This document shows positions 27,331 through 39,928 of a stretch of 64,000 bases of DNA, one piece after another. This DNA comes from Mytilus edulis. Its lineage: Eukaryota. The stretch lies in contig NC_092347.1 in assembly GCF_963676685.1 (NCBI RefSeq), forward strand, positions 14,942,001 through 15,006,000, given 5' to 3'. Below the pieces are notes generated by a model. It searched no databases. It had not been told where the DNA came from and saw only the letters and a list, made by a program, of their open reading frames with translations. Within the stretch, counting starts at the first letter, position 1, and the number at the start of each line of letters is the position of its first letter. The position numbers were made by a program, and so were the translations under genes.

Positions 27331-28764
27331 TTTAATTTGAAAATAAATAAAAATGGCCTTCAACACGGAGTCTTGGCTCACACCGAACAGCAAGCTATAA
27401 AGGTTGAATACTTAAAATTCTTTACTTGAGTTTTTGTTATGGTTTGACCATCAATTTTCCTAATATGATATCGCACGTTCTTTCAGATTTTTTTTTTTAC
27501 TTAATTGGCTTTAAAAGTTACAATGCATGATGTCGTCTGTTTATGTAGTTCATATGTGTTTTTCGTTTCTCGTTGGTTTTCCCGTTTGAATGGTTTTACA
27601 CTAGTAGTTTTGGGGCCCTCTATAACTTGCTGTTCGGTGTGAGCCAAGGCTCCGTGTTGCAGGTCGTACCTTGACCTATAATGGTTTACTTTTATGAATT
27701 ATTACTTGGGAGGAGAGTTGTCTCATTGGCACTCATACCACATCTTCCTATATCTATCTCTATCTATACATTTTTTTTTCAACAAAAGAATAATCACAAG
27801 AATATAAGTTTTGTAAGAAACGTGAGAAATCGTGTTGGACTTGAAGATAAGGCAAAGTGACAAATATCTGAAAGAATGAATCGTTATATGGTATTAAACA
27901 AAGAAATCAAATGATTTTTTAATTATCCAGAACTCTTCACAAACAAAACCCACATGTATACGCATTGAATAAATAGTGGGCTATTCTTAAATGATCACAC
28001 CGTAGAAGTAGTTGTGCTCTTAATCAATAAGATATTTTGTGAATTAACCCCATCAACTTAATAGTTTTTTTTACAATGGATAAACCTATTTTTTTTATTA
28101 TTATTAAATAATATCATCTCTGAACATTAATTTTCTTATAAATGACACGGTTGTTTGTGATGATTATAATAAATATTTAAAACAAATTCCTTTCAAGCTT
28201 TGTAAAAAGAAAGTTTCATTTTATGTATCGGAATGTGTAACAAGTGAATATTTCAATCCCCACTGGAAGGCCTCTGACGGACTGGGTGAGCATAAAATCA
28301 TAGCCGTTGACAAACAAGTTACAACCTAAAAACGTTTTACTGTCGACCACACTGTTATGCAATTAGTTCTATCTGAATATGAAACGACATGGCTTCTTTG
28401 ATCTTCTTGTTTTTTAAGAAGTAAATAAGAAGAGGTCGTCCAAAATTATTAAATTTTTGTCCTGAATTAATCAAATGCATTATTTAATGTACGATTTGGA
28501 GCGGAACTCTCAAGACTTGTGTTAAATTTCTTGTATAAAGAATGATAACTGCTACAGTTATATTTCCTTCCCGATGATGACAGACAGTATACTGTGGTAC
28601 ATATAATATATTTTCAACTGCTGAAAGTAAACGTATGAGTCAACAAAAACATTTTTCAAATGTTTCGTGCAGTCATTTTGGCTCTAAAGTAAAATAAAAA
28701 GAACTATGCTATATTTAACAGTTTCAATGTCTTTTATTTTTTATCCCCTTTTATAATATAACAT

Positions 28765-29660
28765 TGTTAAATGATAAGTGCAACATTCTCAGTGTAACTC
28801 AAAAACGCAAACCTTTAGACTTCACTTATAAATTACACAATCACTCTCTAGAAAAAGTCGACTCTACAAAATATTTAGGCTTATCTTTTCAATCAAATTT
28901 AAATTGGGACAAACATATCGATAACATGACATCTCTTGGATTTATTCGTAGAAACCTACAAATAGCATCACCTAAAGTTAAAGCTCATGCATATAAAGCT
29001 CTTGTCCGACCAAAATTATAGTACTGCTCAACAATTTGGGACCCACATCAAAAACAGCAAATTTTACAAATCGAAAAAGTTCAGAGAAGAGCAGCACGCT
29101 TCTCATACAACCGCTTCCATAACACCAGCTCAGTTACTGAAATGATGACAGACCTAAATTGGTACCCACTCGAAATTAGGAGTTTACGATACAGACTTGT
29201 TTTCTTTTACAAAATTATTCATGAAATTGTTGCAGTCCCTACACATAACCTTTTGATCCCACTAGACAATAGAACAAGACATAGCAATCCACACTCATTT
29301 AAGCAAATACAAACATCTAAAGACAGCTATAAATATTCATTTTATCAATGAACTGTTATAAATTGGAATCATCTGCCACAACAAATAGTATCATGCAGTA
29401 CAGTAGAGGGATTCAAGAGTATGATCTCAGAATCTGCTCTCATCCCCACATTCTATCCCTAACTATTCTGTTATCAAAAGTATATAGTTTTATCACAATT
29501 TATTTTTTTCAAATGTACAAACGTTATGTTGATTTTTTGATTTTGTTATTTATGATGTTTTGTTGCTAAAGTGTAAATGATAAATTTTATAGTCGACGCC
29601 CGGCGAATAATCTTCAATGATTGAAGAATCGCTAGAAACATAAAGAAGAGAAGAAATTTA
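28765..29660 (+). mobile_element. LINE (CR1/L2-like) 3' fragment, pseudogenised
   Basis: KCNILS...KYLGLSFQSNLNWDKHI...SLGFIRRNL...AYKALVRPKL*YCSTIWDPH...IEKVQRRAARF...YKYSF, followed by a GAA/A-rich tail at about 29640-29675. Confidence 0.88.
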
Positions 29661-31194
29661 AAAAAAAAAAAAAAATAATACGCTAGAATTTTGAATTTGA
29701 TTTGTGTGTTGCATTATGTGACGATATTATTACTTTTGCAATTATGATTGTTCTAATTATCAAAGTTATGTTCTTGATATTCATATAAAACATAACTTTT
29801 ATTCTCTTTCTTTACATAAAAACATCAAAATGCGTATAGTCATTATTATTGTAAAGAATATTTAATAGATAATCTTATAAATAAACGTTACAAAATATTA
29901 CAAGTATCTCTTCAAACTAATCTGTCACAAAACTGACATGTTAGAAATCTGAAGTGAACCGTAAACTATATTTTAAAAGACTAGTGCAGTTATTGATTAA
30001 AGAAATGCAAAAGAATTACTTACCATTTAATACATTTTAAATTTTAAATTTAAATTTCAAACTACAGAGAATGTTAACGTTTATAAATAAGATTTGTCGA
30101 AACGTGCGTTAAGAAATATGTAAATGAAACCAATAGTAAGGTATATTTCCCTTTTTTTTAAAGTCTTTCAGGTGCAACATACCATATCAAAGATCATACC
30201 TCGTGTATTGTTATACAGCACAAAGTATATTGTTGCCATATATCTAGACGAATGAAAACTATATGTAAGTCATTTAAACATATTTATATTAATATTTTAT
30301 CTTATTTCTGATATAAAAAAAAATATAAAAAAACTTTTTATGTTTATGTCTTACAGTTGCCTATAATTGTTTACATCCGCTTCATTTGCTCTTTGATGGA
30401 TGGTTATCTCATTGTCATTCATATCACATATCCTTATTTATTTTCATATTGACAATAACACGGCCATAAAAAAAATCGATAAAAAGACAAAAAGTATACA
30501 AAACAAACAAAACTGAAATTGTTCATGATATTCTAGTATTCTTGTCTTTTATGTTTGTGCCATTGTAACTTGTTTGTTGCTTGTCTTTCGTTTTTGTTAT
30601 GTGATTTGTGTATGTTTCTTTGTACTAATACATCCCGTCATTGTGTTATTGTATTATGGTAAATTTGTGTATTATTATCTTTACATTTAGCCGATGTGCT
30701 TAGTCTATATGTCATATTGTGCTTCTTTGTTTCATATCTGTTTTTTAGTGATTGGGATTTTAACACAATGTTGACATTTTTACCTAGTATGTCTGTTTGT
30801 TTTGTTCACGCATCGTTGTGAAAATAATGGAATTTTATGCGCCTGTCATACAAGTGGGAGATTTAGCTAGCTATAAAGCCAGGTTCATTCAGAAAATGCC
30901 TGTACCAAGTCAGGAATATGACAGTTGTTATCCATTCATTTGATGTGTTTGTGCTTTTGATTTTGCCATTTGATTAGGAACTTTCCATTTTGAATTTTCC
31001 TCGGAGTGCAGTATTTTTGTTATTTTACTTCTCATCATTAGTTGCTGTTTTTATCGTTTGAAATGTTTCCAAAATAAAACTATATTATCTAGTTCTTTTG
31101 TATGTGTTTTCGGAGAGAGATATTTTATTTTGTTTTGTATGATTTATTTAATATATAACTTTAAATTACATATTTTTCTTTTTTTTAGAATAAA

Positions 31195-31989
31195 ATGTCT
31201 TATATACCAAATAACCGTTCAATTGATGACATGAAACTGTGGTCAGTAAAACGTTTTGATGTAAAAGCTGGTCAGAAGTGTTGTTACATCCGGAGTTGCG
31301 CAATACTTCCAAATAAACAACTGATATTTGCTGACGAAAACAACCAACGACTTGTTGTTGTAGGAACCGACGGCAAACATGTATGTGATATTATAGTTTC
31401 TCAGAGACCGTTTGATATTGAACCTATAGATTCTGCAAAAATTGCTGTATCCTATGGAATTTCAAAGTATATTGAAGTAATAAACATAGAAGATAAGAAA
31501 GTAGAGAGCCGAATGGAATTGAAGGGATTTTGTTCCGGACTCACCCTTGTTAATGGAAAACTACTTGTTCTTGTGAACGGACATGGAATACAAGAAATTG
31601 ATTTGACGATTAAAACTGTTACCTCGTTAGAATTGCCAGTTAAACAGTCATTTGTAATTACTTCTGGTGGTGAACGCTTATACTGCGCAGATTTAAAATC
31701 AAATTCCTTGTGTTGTTATATGTCTGGAATATTGGTCTGGCGGTTGACGTCACCTCTGTTGCATATCAGCCAAGCAATTTCTGCTGATGAATACGGTAAT
31801 GTTTTTCTGACAGAGACCGATACTAATCAAATAGTAGCTATTTCATTTGACGGTGCAAATACTCGAAAACTGTTGGATGATAAGCAAGGGATTAATTTAC
31901 CATCAGCAGTGTATTATGACAAATCTACCAAACATTTACTAGTTTGTAACCGAGAAAACGGTCGAGCTTTCTTGTATAGTTTAATGTAA
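31195..31989 (+). CDS. NHL-repeat / six-bladed beta-propeller protein (resembles the C-terminal domain of bivalve TRIM-NHL-like proteins); probably a terminal exon
   Basis: 264-aa uninterrupted ORF with NHL-like blades (LIFADENNQRLVVV, RPFDIEPID, ISADEYGNVFLTETDTNQIVAIS, INLPSAVYYDKSTKHLLVCN). A polypyrimidine tract and AG at 31187-31188 lie 6 nt before the ATG, in frame. AATAAA follows the stop. Confidence 0.82.
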   Translation: MSYIPNNRSIDDMKLWSVKRFDVKAGQKCCYIRSCAILPNKQLIFADENNQRLVVVGTDGKHVCDIIVSQRPFDIEPIDSAKIAVSYGISKYIEVINIEDKKVESRMELKGFCSGLTLVNGKLLVLVNGHGIQEIDLTIKTVTSLELPVKQSFVITSGGERLYCADLKSNSLCCYMSGILVWRLTSPLLHISQAISADEYGNVFLTETDTNQIVAISFDGANTRKLLDDKQGINLPSAVYYDKSTKHLLVCNRENGRAFLYSLM

Positions 31990-33599
31990 TAAATATTATT
32001 ATAAGGTGATGGGGTTATGCGTCAATAAGATGTGCTAAGATTTCAAATATGATGTAGACCACACTTTTTTACTGAACAATTGTTTATTTAAACAAACAAA
32101 AATAAAGTTATGATATAAGATGATGGATGGCGTTGTTGTCCTTGAAGTTATTGTGATACACCTCGTCGTGTGAATTCTATAATGTTATATGTCTATTTTT
32201 TATAAACTTTAATTTAAATGTATACAACAATTACCAAATTAGAAATTCATCATTACAATATTCACACCATGACTTCTGTAACTGAATATACAAATTGATG
32301 TAAAGTAAACGTAAAATGGATAACAACACAGCGAAAATAAAAAAAAAGACATGTGAATTAAGACCGATTAAGTCTGCAACCCTAATAAAGTGTTACAGTA
32401 TGCAAAGCTCATAAATCGGCCTATGATAGAAACAATGAAAATGTAAATAAGTCTGGTGATCTGCAACCAACAAAACATTCTCTAAACGACAAACAGGTTT
32501 TTTTCCTGACACAGATATTCCATAACGGTCGACCAAATGATGAAGTCAGTCATAATGTCGTCTGTAAACTATCTCCACTTCAACATTATCATTAGGAACC
32601 CTTGTATAGATTCTCTATAAGCGGTTATTTTTAGTCTTTGAAATTATACAAGGAAACGCAAGCTATGAAATATTGCATGACCTTAAGAGGCGACAGGATA
32701 TGATTTTACTCGCGTACGTACGAAGTGGTCAAAATTCATTTCTGGATGTTAACTTGAGTAAGTCTTTATCAAATCTTTTGAAATTTTGAAATGTTGTTAA
32801 ATAAATCAAAAGCTCAAGGCTTATTATTTGGTACGGTAGACGCACGTTTCACTAACATAAAGGCAACAATAGTATACCGCTGTTTGAAATTCATAAATCG
32901 ATTGAGAAAAAACAAATCCGAGTTACAAACTAAAACTGAGGGAAACACATCAATTATAAACGGAGAACAACGACACAACAGAAACACTTAAATGTAAAAC
33001 ACACAGAAATGAACTATAAGATAACAATAGCCATTTTGACTCACTTGGTACAGGACATTTTTTTTTTTTTTTAAATGGTGGGTTGGATCTGGTTTTGTGG
33101 CTAGCCGAACCTTTAGCTTTAATGGTAATGACAAATATAACACTAAAATGACAACACTATATGACAGGACTACAATACAAATAAAGAGAAAAACAAACAG
33201 GACAGAGAAACACACAAATAAACAATACAATAGTACATTACAACAAGCGGCTTCTTAAATATTATTTATCATTGAAAATAGGAATAAAGTACAAATTAAA
33301 TACAAAATTATATAAGAATCTTACCTTAAGGATCAAAACTTTCTTAAACATACAAAAAAAATATATTGAAAATTATTTTTGATAATAATACTATTGTTCA
33401 TGCAGGGACATATTATTTATAAATAGGTTGTCTTCCAGATAAATTAGTAAATTCAAAATGAAAGCTTAACAGCCAGTCTTGATTGAAACAATTCACGAAA
33501 TTGTCATATTGTATATGATGATAGAAGAAGAGATTATTTTGAGGAAGTTCACTTAATAGGTCTAATAAAATGCCTATCTATATGATGACACTAGAATGT

Positions 33600-33862
33600 T
33601 TACATTAATAATTGTGTTTCGTCTACATAAAACTCATCAAAGACGCTTATGTCAAAATGGCAAAGAAAGCCAAACAAAGATGAAGAGCATTGAGCATTGG
33701 TGAGCCAAAATTCCAAAAAAGTGTGCCAAATACGGCCAAGGTTATCTGCCTGGGATAAGAAAATCCTTATTATTTAGAATAGTTCATATTTTTGCAAACA
33801 GTAAATTTATAAAAATGACCATTTAATTGATATGCATGTTAACACCGAAGTGGTGACTAACT
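33600..33862 (-). mobile_element. Retrozyme family 2, degenerate copy
   Basis: Reverse complement contains ttTGATGAgttttatgtagacGAAAcac, and the body matches 34612-34880. Confidence 0.6.
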
Positions 33863-34611
33863 GCAGAATAAAATCGAATACGTGAAAACAACCTAGATCA
33901 GCACATAAAAACAGCACAGCCGTACAATGCATTGAATGTCAGCCGAATAGATTCACGCACAAAAGTTACGTCACAGGTAAATTTCTAAAAAGAAATCCAA
34001 AAAATAGGATAGAGTTCAAGCTTAGGTTTGTAATACTGATATAACATGTATTTAATAAAAATGAAAATTACAATACTTATTTTTATAGAATTGTGTTAGT
34101 AATTAGATAATTGATTGTATTATCTAGCTTTGTCGGTATTTCTTCTAATTGTTATCAGTGGCGCTTAAATTAAAACAGTAAGGCCTTATACAAAAACATA
34201 GTTGCAGAGCTTTTAAAACCAAGCATTCCGAAAAATTGTATTAGATACAGCGAAAGCAATCTAAACCTGAAGGTAGAATCCCTTTGTGTTTCGAATAACT
34301 AGAATGGAACATATCAATGATATCAAGTAGACATAACTATGTATACCTTTGGATAGAACACCAGATTAATATCAATGATATTCCTAGTGCTGACTACTAG
34401 ACTGATGGTACCCGAAGCTTGAGGGCTACATTAAAAACGAAGTTGGAGAGCTTTAAAATTCATAGAAAATGAACATTTCAATGATATTTCAAGACAACAC
34501 ACAAGTAATGACTGTTGAGATGGTGATACCATAGTGGCAATACATACACTTATAGTGGCTTTGACCTAGTGGTTGAAAAATAATTGTCAAAGATAATAGA
34601 GTTATTCTGTA

Positions 34612-34880
34612 GTTAGTCACCACTTCGGTGTTGACATGTATATCAATTATATGGTGCTTTTTATAAATTAACTGTTTGCAAAAGTATGAATTATTCTAAA
34701 TACTAAGGATTTTCTTATCCCAGACAACGTATTTGGAACAACTATTTGCAATTTTGGGTCATCAATGCTCTTCATCTTTGTTTGGCTTTTTACTATTTTG
34801 ACCTGAGTGTCACTGATGCGTCTTATGTAGACGAAAACTGCGTTTGGAGTATTGAATTTTAAGCCTGGTACATTAAATAA
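34612..34880 (+). mobile_element. Retrozyme family 2, degenerate copy with a hammerhead relic at 34807-34850
   Basis: gtgtca-CTGATGC-gtcttatgtagac-GAAA-actgcg-tt-tggagt versus the inferred consensus gcgtca-CTGATGA-gtcttatgtagac-GAAA-cgcgcg-TC-tggcgt. Confidence 0.68.
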
Positions 34881-35492
34881 CTTTTAGCATATCGTTATGT
34901 TCTATTGTATTGTTTATTTGTGTATTTCTCTGTCCTGAATGTTCTTCCATTTATTTGTATTGTAGACCTGTCATGTCATGTTGTCATTTTAGTGTTATAT
35001 TTACCATTGGCATAATAGCGGGAGGTTTGGCTAGCCACAAGACAAGGTTCAACTCACCATTTTTTTCTAAAAAGTTCTGGAACCAAGCCTGGAAAATTGC
35101 AATTGTTATCTTATAGTTTGTTTCTTTGTGTGTTGCATTGTCGTTTGTTTTTTTGTTGCACTTTAGTGTTTCTGATGTTTCGTTGTTTTCCTCTTGTATT
35201 TGATGTGTTTCTCTCAGTTTTAGTTTGTAAAACTACTGTTGCCTTTATTTATAATTTGGTACACCAGACGCTCGTTTCGTTTACATTATAGCCCACAGTA
35301 AAGATTGAGTGACAAGATTTGGATAGCTAAATAAAGTCCATTTGGTATCGTCCGTCTCCGGTTAGCATCATCGAATGCGATTAATTACCGAATATTTACT
35401 TACCATTAGCAAAACGACTGGTGCCTTTAATAGTTTTAGTTTCCTTGTCTTTGGTTAGGATTTGTGTTTCTATGTCTTTACGTTCCCGTTTT

Positions 35493-35538
<46 letters not shown>

Positions 35539-36007
35539 TCTTTTCGTCGTGTTTTCAATTGGTTATGGTGAAAAGTTAATGTTTTGTGCAGTTGAATTGA
35601 TATCAATAACAAAGTTAATGGATTAACTTTAAAACTTTATATACATTTTGTTTTTGTTCTCATGATATATTAAAGATTTGCATTTTATACTATCTTTATC
35701 ACACTCATCATATATTCCTCGTGACAGTTCGGTAACAATACCTTCATTACTTGTTATCAGGATTATTTGTTTAGTATACTCATTTAACATTAACTATTGC
35801 ACCCAATAAATAAATAGTTAAAGTCATCGCCTTAGATAAATAGACAAATATATAAATAATCTGCAAGAATAGTATCTACACAAATAAATTATATTCTCGT
35901 AAATTTTATTTCATTTACAGCAAATGCGTCAATAAATAAAGTATTCAGAGTCTACGTGTACTCGTTAAAACAAAATTATAACATTTATCTTTAAATTGTT
36001 TCGTTAA

Positions 36008-37570
36008 GGTTCCACTAAAGTCAAAATATAGGACACTACAGAAATATCTGAACTTTGCCTGTATTTTTCAACCTATATTGAATAAAGTCCTAAACTATGG
36101 GAACATATGTTCATTTAAACATACTCAACATGTACACGCTGTAGAAATTGTAAATTAACTTGAAATTGTTATGTTGTGGTCAAACCGGTTTTGGGGTGAA
36201 CACGTAATTTTCAATCAAATCTGGAGGCCTACGAGATGACTTTTTTTGTTTAAAATTGGTATAGACGATTACTGTTACATGTAATGCAGTACAAGCTAGT
36301 GTTTATTTGTCAAATAAATATGTTTCAATGAGATTTTTGTCCAATTTCTGTATTGTACCTTTGATATGCGTTCACTTAGATACATGAATTTAACTGAAAC
36401 TCGTAAATCACTACATTTTCTTAAAAATCAACATTAGCTTGTACTGCATTATATGTTACAGTATTCATTCATACCAATTTAATAGACAATAACTGTTTAG
36501 TGTCTTTAAATATCAGCTGTATTTGTACGAGGCTAGGAAACAAAGTGTATGCGAGCTTTTAGCGAGCTATTACACCTGTTTCGAGCCGAGTACAAATACA
36601 GCTTATATTTAAAGACACTAAACAGTTATTGTCTTTATCCTGCAATTTATTCTGTATATTATTTGTGTTTTGAAAGACACAAAAACACATATTTTGCATT
36701 TATTTTCGATTTGAAATCCCTTGAGGCCCGTGTAGTAATACGTTCTGTAGTAATCACACATTCAGCAGAAGACGGGTTCGCAAAAAAAGAATCTCGAATG
36801 GTCAACAATAATACATCGCTCAAGGTGAATAATTATCTATTTTAACATAACAACTAATTTCAACAGTAACAACAAATAACAAAACATTGTTTAATTTGAG
36901 ACAGGAGTGTACGAGTTGTCCTACGCTTCAGACTCGACATTTACTAAAAATGCATGCTGAAATTGACATGGTTGTTTTTGTTACACAATCAATCTAATTA
37001 AAATTAAATCTCTCACTCGCTCGTTTTTTAATGCTTGGTCGCTGCGTGGGTTCATGTATGTATGTTATCAGAAAATTGGTGTGATTCTTATTGCTCTAAA
37101 GAAATGTTTGAAAACAAACAGAACGTATAAAAGTAATCGTTAATTCGCAATTGATACGTCATTGGAATGCGACTCCAATACACATTCTGAGGTCACGTAG
37201 GTTCATACAATACTCAGTCCGGCAGCGGGCGGAGCTTTTAAGCGATATCTATATAGTATAGAGATACAGCATAGCGATATCTGTAGGGCTGTATCTGTAT
37301 AGTAGAACACCCAATTGCAGGATAAAAACAAATTAAGTCATCTCGCAAGCCTCCAGATTTTTTTGAAAATTTAGTGTTCACCCCAAAACCGGTTTGGCCA
37401 CAACAATAAACATTTCAAGTTTATTTAAAGTTTTTACAGTGTGTATATGTAGAGTATGTTTAAATGAACATATTTTCCCATAGTTTAGGACTTTATTCAT
37501 TATAAGTTTAAAAATACAGGCAAAGTTTATATGTTTATGATGTGTCCTATATTTTGACTTTAGTGGAACC
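36008..37570. mobile_element. TTAA-flanked foldback MITE (Kolobok-like GG...CC termini) with a nested insertion
   Basis: TTAA|GGTTCCACTAAAGTCAAAATATAGGACAC ... GTGTCCTATATTTTGACTTTAGTGGAACC|TTAA; the outer arms pair for more than 240 bp. Confidence 0.88.
36484..37326. mobile_element. Long-hairpin non-autonomous element nested in the right arm of the TTAA MITE
   Basis: Hairpin of about 150 bp at 36484-36632; tttatcctgcaatt (about 36634-36647) is the inverse of aattgcaggataaa (37313-37326); the MITE arm resumes after 37326. Confidence 0.7.
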
Positions 37571-38690
37571 TTAATGCATACTTTCACCTCTGAATGCAAA
37601 TTATTCTATATTTGTGTACTATTATAGTGCATCTTAAAATTAGTCTCCGACTTTGGCAGGTGTTAAGTTTCATTTCGTAACGGATAATTTGGTACATTAA
37701 CAAACGAAATTATCTTCTTTGAAGGTGTTTGTCCTTTAAACATTTTAATTCCAGATTAGAACTTGAACTTTAATTGACAGATCGCAAAAAAAAAGCATTA
37801 AGTGCGTATATGTATTTTTCTGCGTATTTAGAATTATATCGGCAGTAGTGTTTGTGATATTAAACTATACTGGAATTTAAGCTAACTCAATTCTTAAGAT
37901 TCTTAATATCAAATCTATTTGAAAATAAGACGTTCAAAAATTTTCGTATAAAATATTTTTTTTCTATAAATGATCATTTCTATTTATTGTTACATGTCAC
38001 TCATCGAACCGAAATGAACTCATCCATGCATGACAATAGAACTTGAAATGATACTAGTACTTGAGAGAAACACGTATATCGGCTAAAGTCACCTTGATGT
38101 AAAGTTTGGTCATAAAGTTTGTCGCAATAACTAAGATTGAAAGTTACACGTGCAAAATGTGATGTCGTAGTTGTGCTAAAGAAACTTATGCACTTAAGAG
38201 TAAACTTTCTCACAATGGTAGAAATGAAGCCATGTGATCGACTATTTGTTTTGGTAATAAATTATTTCAGGCAACATATGATCGACTTTATCAAACTCCG
38301 AAACAGTGGTGACGTTGCTTCGCTAAACTATCAAACGTTATTTTTATTATGACTGTAATGTGTTGCAATTGGAAATTGACATATTTGACCTAGATACGAC
38401 ATCCGTTCATGCTGGCTGTTCAAACTCCTCCCTCTAACGAATCACAGTGCCAGTCATTTGCTTGTTTACAAACAAAAAACGAAGGTCCATGGAAAAGCTT
38501 ACACAAACCCTCAGCACTTATACACATCGGACATAGAAATTACCTTAATAACTAAGGTAATCTTTAAGCTTATTAGTTTTATTTTGTGCTTGAATAGTGT
38601 CGTATTAACACACACAACTGGAATGACACTGGACAAAAGTATTGATAAATATATAACAGGTTTAAAAATGTAGTTTGTTTAAATATCAAG

Positions 38691-39058
38691 TTATAATTAC
38701 ATTAGATGCATAATTCATTATATTACGTTATTCTAATTGGCTAACTGCCCATCACGTGTTATTCCTTAAGCAATTGCATTACTCAATAAAACTTATCATT
38801 CATGATAACACGAGGTCCCACAATAAAGTGCACAGGTGAATTGAATAAAAAGCTGATAAAATTCGTGTTTTCGTGATCCTAGCTAAAAAATGTTATTATA
38901 AGTATTGAATACTTCTTTTTGTAACTTCATAGGGTTGTAAAAGCATTGACCGTGCGCACATTTTTAGAATGAAGCGCTTCCGCGCTTCATACAAAATGTA
39001 CTTCGGTCAACGCTTTTACACCCCAATGAAGTTAAACAAAGAAGCATTCAATTCTTAA
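38691..39058. mobile_element. Long-hairpin non-autonomous element
   Basis: ttataattacatt (38691) is the near inverse of aatgttattataa (38889-38901), followed by a hairpin of about 160 bp at 38897-39058. Confidence 0.68.
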
Positions 39059-39735
39059 ATGCATGTAATAATAGTCTATCTGTTCAATCTTGCACGAGTC
39101 AATATTTTATAAAGGGCTTCAGTTGTAGTTTTAAAGATTCTATCAATTTCACGAAACCCTATGTTGATTTATGTTGAATGATAACAATATTGATTATTTA
39201 GGCCAATAACACAATTACATGTACATGTATATATTAATATTTAAATAACAGAAATGATAAAAGTATATAAATCTTGGATATAGATAATATGATATGCGAG
39301 TTATACATAATATATGTAAAGGGGTAACATATTCCATTGGCAACCAATTCTGCATTTCCTTTTTATATAAAATGTGCAGATGTGCTATATATGATTGCCA
39401 ATGAGACAACAATGCCTCCGAACAGTTTGATATCACTGCAACTTTTCCTATAGTATTGATGGTCCAATATGTGCAGACAGTGCGTCGGTGCATTACATAC
39501 AAAGAATAACAAATCTTTAAGTTTAAAAACTTGGTAACAAGATGTGTTATTACTGAATCATTATGTTCGCTAATTTTTCCGAGTGAGGTCAAATGTCACT
39601 GTCAACGGAGTTTTGCACATTCAAATTGCCGACGTGTATCTTAGGTTCTTTTTAACAATAATGATCCATGATTTATAAATGATCAAATCAGTGTTCAGCA
39701 TAGTTTATAGGGACTAAGATAATGAGTATTGTGAT

Positions 39736-39928
39736 CTAAAACTTTTCAGACTCTGGTTCAAATGCAACATTGTCTTTCCCATTGACATGTATTGTCACTA
39801 CTTTCGGTTTCTCGTCTTCCATCCTCGGCCAGTGATATTGTATGAGCGCAATGTAAACATAGCTCCCAATGACTGATCCAACTAATGGCCCAACAATTGG
39901 CACCCAAAACCAGTTGTAATTTCTGTAA
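39736..39928 (-). CDS. Aquaglyceroporin exon 6 (terminal)
   Basis: TTACAG acceptor; encodes [16 protein letters not shown] (TM6); TAG stop at 39736-39738. Confidence 0.92.

Noticed and set aside
35496-35537. Long poly(T) tract
   Set aside because: Simple homopolymer, possibly an antisense retro-tail, but no TSD or element body could be tied to it.
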